In this document: one piece after another, positions 13,201 through 25,200 of the stretch
Layout: each line of letters begins with the position of its first letter
Numbering within the stretch: the first letter of the stretch is position 1
Source of the DNA: Strigamia acuminata
Lineage: Eukaryota
Direction of reading: 5' to 3'
Length of the DNA: 64,000 nt
Assembly: GCA_949358305.1 (NCBI GenBank)
Contig: OX442314.1
Location: 22,940,001 to 23,004,000, forward strand
Notes under the pieces: model-generated
The model's database searches: none
What the model saw: the letters and a program-made list of their open reading frames with translations, nothing else
Told to the model about the DNA's origin: nothing
Program-made: the position numbers and the translations under genes

Positions 13201-16200
13201 GACATTTTTAAAGGTGAAAAATGTATAAATATATTTATTTACCTTGGAACTGTTTAATTTGAATGAATCCTCTTCTGTCGTTGTTGAAAAACCGTACTGG
13301 ACCCTGAATAGAGGTTGAATGGAGGTTTAAAGGTTTTTTTATTTTATTTTTTTTTATTTTTGGTGTGTAAACAGTTTATTTTGACACACACTTGTGTGTA
13401 ATGTGCCATCTTACCGTCACACCCTCGAAGTTGGTCTCGTTGAGCGCCTCTAAAAAGATTTTCCCCCAAAACGCGTCGCGATATTCGAAACGGTCAATGG
13501 AGCGCTCTTTTGCTCGGTTCTTGAGTTTGTCCATCACTGCTTCGATCGCCAACGCTGTCGTCCAAATTCCATCATAGGCGTATCCATGGAAACGGGAATA
13601 GTTTCCTTTCCGCATGATGTCGTAATGTCTTTTGTACTGCGTTGCCGTCTTCGAAAATAAAGAGAAGAAAAAAATCCCTTTGAGGTTTCTTATGTGTTTG
13701 AAGAAGAAGAAAAAAAAATCAAAAAAATTGAAGTTAATTAAGAAGATTATCGAATTTTAACGCACTATTGACTGCAAATCGAACCACAGATCACTTCCTT
13801 GAAGCTTGCTTCGCGAAAATAGCTGTAGCTTCGTTAAACTAGCTACTGTATTGCGAAATTTTATCAGCGAGCCCAACACCGCTTGCTTCGAAAATAAGCT
13901 CAATAGACCTTTGGAAAAATGAGGTCAGGTGATACAATCATGTGATTGTAACAATGGTTCCCTCCCCCCCACCCCCCCCTCTATGAGAAAAACCATTGCA
14001 AAGTAACATGAAAACAAAAACGTGCTTAACTGTGAATGGGTTCGTTTTTAGGCCTGTTTGTTGTGTCTTTGCGTCATACAAATTATTTTTTTTTATTAAT
14101 TAACGAATTGTGGTTGTGGGCCTTTTATTTGAACACCATTTAGCATTTACTCACTCACATTTTTGGAGGTGGATGTGATATTCTGTGAAATGACTGACAT
14201 GCGCTCCATTCTAATGCTCGCTAGCAAGTGCTCTTTAATTCTCTAAACGGCCTTGTCATCGGCCTTGATCACTAACGCCATCTAGTGGCCTATTACAACA
14301 CTACATCCCTCCCCCCAATACAACTGTAATAAATTAGAATAAAAGGAATGTACAATATTAATTTACAATTCGAGCACAAGACATTATCACATCAAATATT
14401 AAATTTCACAATAAAGTCACTATTTTCACCAAATTGTTCCTTCACCATTTCTTCTTATTTCTTCCCCGTTTCACCTTCGTTGGCACAAAGTCCCCGTACC
14501 GGGCAGGTGGCTTGCCCTGCGTCGTCCTCGACGATCGCCTCAGATTCATCGGTAATTCAGCGTGTTGTGGTGGTTCATCCTGGAGCACCGGCTCGACGTG
14601 GGGCATCCGCTCTCTTTGTAGACCCAGCTCCTCCTCCGGGATCGCCAACATTTCCGTTTGGAGCGCTGGAATCGGCTCCACCTGAGGTGCCAACTCCCTC
14701 CTCACCTCCTCCTGCGTCTCCCCTCTCTCTTTCTCTGCACACTCCTCTCTCCGCTCCTCCTCAAATTCTCGACCCTCTTTCTCCCTCTCTTTACCCTGCA
14801 ACTTTTTTGAAGAACGAGGAGTTCCGTACGATGTTCTGTGAGCCTCTGCACGCTCTAATCTGGGAACCCACAATCGAAACTATCTTAAATGGTACTGGGT
14901 CATACGGGGATATTAGTTTATTTGTTTTCCTTCTCTTGACCAAAACCAAATCTCCCACTGTCAGTCGATGCTCCTTAACTTGTCTCTTTTCGTCCGCCAG
15001 TCTTTTCATTTCCGTCTTTTTCTCTTCGTCCCTTTTTCTCACTAACTTATCCTCCTGTAATGCGAAAATTTGTGGCAACCTCGTCTTTATCGGTCGGCTG
15101 AATAACAGTTCTGCCGGCGGAACACCCGTTGTTGTGTGCGGCGTTGCCCTATAATTGAGTAAGAATTCACAAATTTCTTCGTGCCATTTCTTACCCTCCG
15201 TCACGGCCGCCAGGATCGCCTTATTTAAAGTCCTCATGAAGCGTTCGGCTTCGCCGTTGGCCTCTGGCCATAGCGGCGTCACCCGCTGATGCCGTATTCC
15301 CATGTCTTCCAAGAACTCGGCGAATTCGCCTGATGCAAATGGCGGGCCGTTATCTGATTTAATAACTTCTGGGATGCCCAGTTCAGAAAATCGCTTCTTC
15401 ATCAAATTAATCACTCCCCGGGCTCCCGTCGACGCGACTCCATCGACGAATGGAAATCGAGAATATTCGTCGATTAATACACATAAGATCTTCCCATCTG
15501 GGAATGGGCCCAGGAAATCTACGGCGAGTCGCTGCCACGGCCTATCTGGAAGCTCCGTCATAACCAATGGCGTCCTCGTTCGTATCGGCACGCAAGCCTG
15601 GCACGGCAGGCATCCCGCCACCGCTCGCTCGACTCGCGCATCTAACCCGGGAAACCATACTTTTTGTCGTAACAGCACCTTCGTTTTCACGATTCCCTGG
15701 TGCCCCCGGTGCGCCAGGGTTATCACTGCATCTCTTAGTTGTTCCGGGATGACAATCCGGTCTCCACGCAAAACGATTCCGTCCACCGAACTCGTTAATT
15801 CGTCCTGCAAAAGTCTAAAAGGTTTTAAACCCTCCTGTTTCCACAACCTATCTCGTTCGCCTCCCGTGCACTGTAACGTCGTACTTAACAACTGCAATTC
15901 CTTGTCCTCCGCCGTTGCCTTCGCGATCTGTTCCCGCGTCAGTGAACTCGGCATGCGCGTTCTCACAACAAAATTGACGTAACGCTCGACCGCTCGTGTC
16001 ATTGTTACACCGCATCCCTTCTCCGCTCCCGAATGCCGCGACATATAGTCGCTTGGATTCGAAGCCCCTTTGGTGTATTTAACTTCAAACACGTACTGTT
16101 GTATGCGCAAGCAGAGACGTTCTATTCTCGCGGACGGTCGCGACTTCCGATTCCCGAAGATGCTAATGAGAGGCTTATGATCTGTAAAAAGCACAAAAGT

Positions 16201-19200
16201 TATTCCGTATAAATATAAATAGAAATGTTCAATGGCCCACACGGCCGCTAAAGTCTCTCGTTCGATTTGAGAATATCTTTTCTCCACTTCTGTTAATGTG
16301 CGACTTGCGTAGGCCACGACCCGCGGTTCCATATCTGCTCCCTTAATCTGGGCTAAAATCGCTCCCAGCCCGTTCGGGCCCGCATCGACCGTCAGATGGA
16401 TCCTGGCCGTTGGGTCGTAGTATGCCAATACACTCTTATTTCCTAATTGTCCTTTAATTGCCGCCCACGCCGTCTGTTGATCTTCTCCCCAAACAAACGC
16501 TGCGTTGGCCTTCTTTGCCAAGTCTCGCAATGGCTTCAACATATCAGCCATGTTTCTGACAAATCGCGCACAGTAGATGACCATTCCTAACAGGCTTTTC
16601 ACCTCAGCAACTGACTTCGGGGGTTCCATTCTCTCTACCGCCTCCACCTTACGCGGGTCTATAGAGATACCCCTCGCTGAAAACACATGGCCGAAGAAAA
16701 CAATTCTATCGCGGCGCAGTTCACACTTTTCTTCGTTTAGCGTTAAGCCCTTCTCCTCCAATCGTCTCAACACTGCGTGCATCGCTGCGTCATGTGCCTC
16801 CCCTGTCTTTCCTACAACGAAAATGTCATCTACAATATTTATGCAATTAGGCAAACCTTCGATCACTTGTCGGATCGTGTCCTGGAACAGTTCTGACGCT
16901 GAATTGATGCCAAACAGCAGCCGTTTGAACCGAAATAGTCCTACATGAGTTGCAAACACTGTGTATTTGCGCGACTCCCCGTCAAGTTCCACTTGGTTAA
17001 AACCGTGGTTCAAGTCCAATTTTGAAAATAGCACTGCTCCTTCCGCTACTGCAATCACATCCTCCAGTCTTGGTGACGTATGTCTCACCCGTTTGATGGC
17101 TCTATTAACCTCCCGCGCATCCACACACAGGCGAATGGCGTCGGGGTCGGGGTCCCTTGGCTTATCCACACAATGGATCGGCGACACCCATGGCGTCGGG
17201 CCCATCCCCTCATCAATTCGCTCAATCACGTCCATTTGTAACAATCTTTCCAACTCCTTCTCCACCTTTTTCCTTAAATGGAACGGAATAGGGCGATATC
17301 TCTGCGCCACCGGCGCCACGCTCTCATCCACGTGCAGATGTATCTGATAGTCCTTCAGCTTACCTACGCCCCGAAAGAGCTTCGGATATTGCTTCTTAAT
17401 CTCCTCTTCTAGCGTCGTTTGTTGGACACTATTCACTACTTTCACTATCTCTAATCTCTTAGCTGTTTCATAATTTAATAACGAGTCCCCCGGGCGGTCA
17501 ACAACATAAGCCGTCGTCGTAACACTTTTCCCTTCCCATCGTAATACCAACTCCACTCGCCCCAACAACGGCAGGGGCTCCGACGACCCATATGTGAACA
17601 ATTTGGCCCGACTCACTTGTAATGTCGGTTTAAATATCATATTCGTGAAAATCTCTCTCCCCAAAATGTTTACCGACGTCCCCGAATCGACGATAAACTT
17701 CACCTTGTTACTTTCCTTTCCCACCGTCAACCGCACTTCGGGCATGTTATTCTTCCTCGTGTTTCCATCCATACATAGTCCAATCGTGAATAAATCCCCT
17801 TCATCATCATCCCATTCTCTCTCTCGTTCATAATTTACCATATTCACCTTCTGCTTGCCCTCCGCCGACTCCGTTCGTTTCGCACGACAAAACCGCACGA
17901 AATGCCCAGTTTTCCCGCATCCTCTACACGCGACGCCCCTCGCCGGGCAGTCCTGTGGGCTCGGGTGTGGCCAACTTCTTCCGCAATTAAAGCAACGTCT
18001 TCCTGCCGTTCCCACCGATCCACTTCGAGACCCGCCTGTCGTAAATTCGCTCCGCCGATTCTCCATACCACTATTTGTCCTTTTGCGGGTATCTTCCATT
18101 TTACGCACTAAATTTACCTCGACCGGTGTCTCCTTATCACCTCCCTCCATTTGCCTTGCTTGCCATTCCGAGGCTTCGTAGCCACGGCCCAAATCCAAGA
18201 GCTGCTTTAGCGTTAAAGTATCGTCGCGTAATCCTTGTCGACGTAGGCGATTCATACTTGTGCCCAAAATAAGCTGCGATTTGATCTCTCTGTCATCGTT
18301 GTGGAACTCGCATCCCACCGCCAGGTGTCGTAGGCGCATCTGATATTTATCTAAAGTCTCATTCGTCTCTTGCCGAGACACACGGAAAGTATACACACAA
18401 AATTCCATATTTTTAGTTGGAATAAAATAGGTTGTTAAAGCATCTTTTACCGACTTATAATCCTTTACCACAATTGTCAAGGTCTCGTACACTGTGAACA
18501 CTTCCTCCCCTGCTTGGTGTAATAAAGTCGCCATTTTTCTGTTATCGTCCGTAATTCCCGCCGCTATTAAATACATCTCCAACCTGCTCACCCATCTTTT
18601 CCACCGTTGTGACTGCGTCGTCGTCTCACCGTGCACGTCAAACGGAGGAATACCGGTTGTTTGCACGAAACTTGCCACGCCCACCGTCGCCGCAACTGCG
18701 GGCTTCGTCTCGTCCGCCATGATAGTAACCTGGCCGTCTCCAATGCCACTCACTCGTTATTTTCAACAAAACACTCACGCACAATCGCTACAAAAGTCAC
18801 CGAATGTCTAATCCCACGTACGCACTTTCATCTCGTCGCCAATGTGATATTCTGTGAAATGACTGACATGCGCTCCATTCTAATGCTCGCTAGCAAGTGC
18901 TCTTTAATTCTCTAAACGGCCTTGTCATCGGCCTTGATCACTAACGCCATCTAGTGGCCTATTACAACACTACAGTGGATGCTTTGAATGAACGTATTTA
19001 TGACACTTGAAAGTCTGATCCGTAGATCAACTTTCGAGGTGGCCATTATGAATTTGGTTGTAAAAACCATAACCCGGCTTAAACCAATTCATAAACCACT
19101 CCTGGTTTTGGTTTTTGCGGTTTTTGGTGATGGTTTTTGGCTGTTTTTGATGTGCATTCGGTTTATAGAAACCGTAAAAACTAAAACATTGAACGTCCCT

Positions 19201-22200
19201 ATTGTTAATTTGTAGTTTTCTTATTGCGGGCAAAGCCGAACTACATTATGACATAATTTTCCAATGGTCTATTTGCGAAAGCTGGGTGCATCCGCCCGAC
19301 ATCGAAAGATCGACAAATCTTAAAATATCGCTTTTTTCTGATCCCTGGGACCTCAATTCAGTTTCTATTTCGTAATTATTTCATGCAAAGTTAAATTTTT
19401 ATACCTAAAGCTTCGTATTAAGTGCTGGGACATAAATTTTATGTGTCGCGTTTAAATTGTTCTCACGAGGATTTTATTTTAAAAAAAAAGGAAAAAAAAA
19501 GAATTAATTTTGGCAATAAACTAAGTTTAGGTTGCTTATGGGAAAAGGGGAGGGTGAAACAGGTGTCGGGAGACGGAATTCAATTGTTAAGTTTTTCTAT
19601 CCGGAATAAGTGCATGTCTAATGTTATTAAATTAGTGTTTTAATTTGTTATGTAAAGACGAAAAACGCCAATTGACTTTGTGGTGCTAATGCAGGAAATG
19701 AGCAGAAATGTTATTCGATGCGTTTTTTTGTTTTTAATTGCTTACGAATGGAGATTAGAAACATAAAATCTGTTTATTGTTTCATTTCGTAAATTAGACT
19801 TCCAACATCTGGTTTTAGCAGATGTAATTTTTTTTCCCACTTCTTTTTCTCCATCTTGTAATTGGCACTTGTAATTTTATTACAATGCAGATGCGAACAA
19901 CAATAACTGTGAAAGCCCTCCAGTTTTATTCCACAATAAAACCAATAAAAATTGAAAATATTAGCAGATCTTGTCTGGATCTTTAATACTTATCCCATAA
20001 CAAGGTAAGTTTGCTATTTCTATTCGAATGCGAATGTGAAAGCCGCCATCATTTCGAATCGGATTGGAATAACAAATTTGTGGTAAACTATAAACACGAT
20101 ATGTGTTTCTCCAGTATATACTCGCGGTAATTCATTCATTACATTAATTAATGAGCAGGAATGATACTCAGGAGTATTTATTGCGATTCGAATAAAATCG
20201 TGGCAGCGAAACGAAACGGATGGAATGGAACGAGTCGAATGACTATTAAAGCATGCAATAGTTGGTTGCCGTTATTGTTGTAGCAGAAGTGTACTTATGC
20301 GAGTTTATTCGGAATTTATGTGGGGAATCAAGTGCTAATCACAAGTGATATGGAAACAAATTTGAGAGAATAAAATTCATCACATTTTTTTATGTCTTTG
20401 CCCAAAACCAGCGCAGGATTTCGGTTAAATCGGTTGGAGTTGGAGTTTCTGGTTGACGACACACGCACAGGGAAATAAAAAGTTTTGATGATCTGCATAT
20501 TCTAAATATAGTTTCGTGCAGGAAAAGTTTCACGCTTTGGCAATGAATGGAACCATTATAATGGTAATGCATGGATGGGCTTATTGGAGCATTGTATAGC
20601 TCGGATTATTTTTTATTTTTTTATTTTTTTATTTTTTATTTTTATTTTTGGGGAGGTGACAAGATAAATAAATTGAATTGTAAAATTGCAATTTTCTTAG
20701 AAAGTGTGAGAGTTCCTGTGGGAAATTGAGTAATTCTGTGCTGTTCAATTGTTGGATGTAAAACAAATCAATGGAAAGTTAACTTACCATTCCAGATACG
20801 GTTGTAACGTTATCCGTTCGAAGTGGCAACAAATCCGTAGCAATATATCCTTCTAAAGCATGGATCATTTGATCTGGAGTGCACGGTACATCAGGCTCTT
20901 CTACTTCCCACCATTTGGCTCTGTACATGGTAACAATAAGCCACTGGTAACGCCTTCCATATATTCCTTGCCGATACGCCTGTTAATGAAATATTTGTAG
21001 TATTTTTGTGTTTAATTGACAAGTTTCTTGCGGAATCAGGTTTAAGTGAAGGAAAATACAAAAAAATTGTAAAACAAATGTGTCGTATGCTTAAATTTCT
21101 ATTAAGAGTCTACAGTTTGGGCCCGGTATCCTGCACCTTATTTTTTAGCAGTATTAGGCCTAATTTTAGGCCTGATAATAGTAAGATAAAGCAATTAAAC
21201 AACAATAAATTTTTTAACATAAGGAATTTACAGCTTGGTACCAAAATATTGTTACTATACAGTCGAACACTGTTTGGATTTGGCATTAAAATACCGGGTG
21301 CAAACTACAGTTAACGCCCATGTTACTTTGTTTATAAGTCTGTACGTAAACTTCAATAGAAATTGTGTAAGATTGTTGATAGAGCTAGCAAAATTTGAAA
21401 TCGTGGCATAAACTAACAATATGGGTGCATTCAACATTTCTGTGGTTGTCGTTTTTATTGTTTCTAATAAACAGAATGGATAAAGAAATCATCCAAACTG
21501 CTGAATCAAAATTGTAGTGGTTTTTAGAGCGCTTGCTTTGTCCAATAAAATTCAAAATGGTGCCGCACAAATTAGATCGGGGATGGAACTTGTAATTGTT
21601 GTAATGCTTTCAGGTGAAGCACCACACACAAAGCAAAGAAATCTGTTTCTTGTGTTTAAAGAAATAGGCCTTGGGCTTGGGTGAATGAAAATGAAGGGGT
21701 TTGAATTGCCATTTTCTTGTAAATCGTAAACCTAAATCATAAACAGACAGAAAAATGAAATACCGTATTTTATCGATTAAAAGCCGTGGCTCTTATTCAA
21801 AACTGCAATTTTTGTCAGCAATTACAATTTCGGTTTTTCGTTTGTTACATTTATTTAATGTTAGAAACGAAGTCTGAAAGTAAAATACGGTAATCATACA
21901 CACAGTCATAGTTTGGAATGGTTTTGTCTTGTGTGTACTGTTTGCTGTTTATAGAAACACTAAAAACCACATAAGCGGAAACTTTGAATGCACCGTATGT
22001 TGTTTGTAAGCCGCGTGGACTAAAGTTTTTGCTGACTCTATTGACATTTTTTATATACCTCGCAGAAGATTCTTCGGGCCCAAGTTTCATTGAAGTTTCC
22101 TAGGATTATCCGGACGTCTTTGTTCTTTAATTTGGTCATCTGAGAGCTCAACTCTTCGGACACACTCTGAGTTTCAATGATGTTGATGACCAGGTCGTCG

Positions 22201-25200
22201 AGGTCGCTCAGTAATTTATTGTGGGCCTGGGAGATGCCAATATGGCGGGGGATTAAGATGTTTGGTGAGGTGGAAACAATCGAAAGGGAGTATAATCCTC
22301 AAATTGCCGTTTCATCAATTTATGGGGCTAAATTTGTTGGAAATTTCCCCATTTTGCTTTTAGATCGATAAATTCATCGATTGATTACACACATTTACTC
22401 AACTCAGAGATTGCTTGGAGAGATGTAGTGCATTTTTCGGATATTCAACATTTGTTTGCATTAAGTGTAAGCGTCACAAGTGGATTTTCGGTTGACACAA
22501 ATGGACTGAGCCATCGCTGGAGATAAAGTGGTCCTAAAATAAATGTGAAAGGTTGGCGTTTCTGTGCAGGGGGATGTGCCGGTGTGTCAATAAACCCAGC
22601 CAATAGTCAAATACATTGATTTTGTCGATGGGTTTGCAAAATAAAGGCCAGGAGGGAAAATTTTGTAAAGAAATGTTGTTGTTTACTATAGTTGGGCTTT
22701 GTCTAGCAGGCAGCAATATTTATGAGTTTCATTGTGTTAATTATGTTATAGTTGATATGTGTGTCGTGTTATTGGTACTTTTGGGACCTTGAAGTGCGAC
22801 AATACAACGTTTAATGCTGCGCATGTCTAGATATATATTTTATTTTCAACATGTTCGCCGACAAGACAAAGTAAGTGTTGCGTGATATTTTAAAATATTG
22901 CCCTTAGTGGCTTTGAGAAAATATTTGTAACAAGGGAGCTATTCGATCTGGAAGCCTGCAAGACAATGATTTACTATTTGAAATAGCATGAGGGTAAATT
23001 GATCGATTTGGATGATTTTTTTTTGTTTTTTTTTGTTTTTGAGTGATAGCATTGCAGTAATTTCAATTTGTATAACAGATTTTTTATGATGATGTCGATT
23101 TGGAGTCACCCCCAATGAAATGCGACACAAAATGTTTTCTCGCACGAAATGCGAAGTGTAACTTCCGTTATAAGTTGGTTTACACAAGCTGTTGAACAAA
23201 TAAAGAGTAATTGAATAGAGAAAACCACAAGGTTTATTAAAATGAATTATAATTTGTTGTAGACAAGACAATCGCTGTAGCAATTATTCCGGGCAATACG
23301 CATAATAATATAAAACATAAGCTTATGTAAGCAGGCCCACCTTTACCATTGGGCTAACTGGGCTGCAGCTCAGGGGCGCCGGACACAGGGGCTCGATGGG
23401 CACAGAAGGGCGCCGGGCACAGAAAAGTGCTGGGCAAGAGGCGCCTGAGTTTTATTAGCCCAGGGCGCTGAAAAGTGTAAAGACGGCCCTGTATGTACCT
23501 AATTTAAAGCAACATTTATAACCACCTGGACGGGTTCTAACAATCAATATTAATGATGGTTCTAGTTGCATCCTGTTGAGGATCATGCGGACCGAAGAAT
23601 AGGGCAGACTTCTCTGCATAGCCATAAGCAATTAGTTGTTACCATGGTGATCTGGTGAATTTCCAATATTCACAGTTAAGTAAATAACCAATGTTAAGAT
23701 CTATAATTTATACAATTTTAGATTTCTGTTGGGACCAGTTATGACAAGTTGTTGCGGGAGTATTTTAAGCTCCAAACTACTTTGCGCTATTGCGGAACGG
23801 TTGCTTTAACCGATCACCGGACTTTTGTATCGAGTGCTCATCTTGCATAAGCCTTGTATTCTTTAATATCAATATACAATTACTTTGTTTACCTGTACTC
23901 AGCTTTATAGGTAAGTTAAAATTAGGATTTTATTTAGATAACCGTGTGCGTTTACCTGGCATTAGTTTTTTGGTAAAGATGATGTCATATGAATTACTCA
24001 TAATGCAATTTGATTATCTGGAACTACAAAATTGTTGTTAATCTCCCGTAAACAAATCAAATTCCGACCCTGGAAATCGTGTTTTAGCTGTTTTCGGTAC
24101 TAGTGTCGTTGGTACATGACATCGTTACTATGACGATACAACGATAATCCGATCGAAGTATTTAATTTTTGCATGCACGGGTTTTTACATGCAGTTTTCA
24201 ATGCGCAAAATGCCGAATATTTACCTCGTACAACTGGAGTTTAGTTTTCCGAATAAGTCTTTCTTTTCTGAAAAACTGGTTTGTTTACATGATTAGTTTT
24301 CCAGAAAAGTAAAATTCGTATTTTCTCTTATTTAGATAACTGGGTATGTGTAAACATCGTAATTTATTCATTTATTACCATTTATTATCACAACACAGTT
24401 TTAGTGTGCAGAATATCCAATTCTGGGATTGCAAAAAGGAATATCAATTTTTTCGAATTGACATTTTTTAATGTTTTCAAACATCTTTAACATTACTTTA
24501 CAACTTTACGGTTGCCAAACCGTCTCATATTTTACTTGGTTGAAATTTATTTGTGTGATGTAGTGTGTGACTAGCATAATTAATAAGAAGAAGTTAGAGA
24601 TTTGTCGGGAGTTTAAAGATACAACTTCCATTAAGAAACAGAGGAAGTGACCATTGGAATTTAAATTGTTCTTGTGAGCATTGTAACTTAAGATTTATTT
24701 TACAGCACCAAAACTTCTTGATGAATGTTCAAGTGCTTATTTCTTAAATGAAATATTGAAACTTATTTTTTTCATTGAATTTTAAATGTTGTTTAAATTT
24801 ATCAGGGATCCAGGACAAGGGGTTCAAGAATAAAACAATAAATCTTGTTAGAAAAAGATCACTCTCGGTCAGAGTGAGAATCAGGGCGAGAACAAACTGA
24901 AATAAATACCCTATTTTATCGATTAAGAGCCGCGGCTCTTATTCAAAACTGCCATTTTTGTCAGCAATTACAATTTCGGTTTTTCGTTTGTTACATTTGT
25001 TTAATGTAACCAACGAAGTCTGAACGTCACAAACGAAACGTATGATCACCGTTCGTGAGGTTAAATACGGACACAATACCGTACTTTTGCAAAATTACGG
25101 TATTCTTGGTGTCTCAGCTGCGGCTACTATTCGAGGGCGACTCTTAATCGGTAAAATACGGTAGTCTGTAACTTTACCGTATTGATAGCCTTTTAGTGGC

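Larger units (their letters stand above)
14174..18974 (-). mobile_element. Full-length Ty3/Gypsy LTR retrotransposon (Mag-like: short LTRs, single gag-pol ORF)
   Basis: Identical 132-bp TG...CA LTRs. TSD GTGGA at 14169-14173 and 18975-18979. PBS and PPT present. Domain order PR-RT-RH-IN. Confidence 0.97.
13902..19273. mobile_element. Non-autonomous TIR element (AATAGACC..TGGAAAA termini) split by the Gypsy insertion
   Basis: Termini aatagacctttggaaaaat and attttccaatggtctatt. Subterminal sequences match 29672-30432 in inverse orientation. Confidence 0.8.

Noticed and set aside
14348..18915. Multiple plus-strand ORFs (268, 226, 123, 128 aa and others)
   Set aside because: Antisense shadows of gag-pol with no recognisable domains. 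No env-like ORF was seen.
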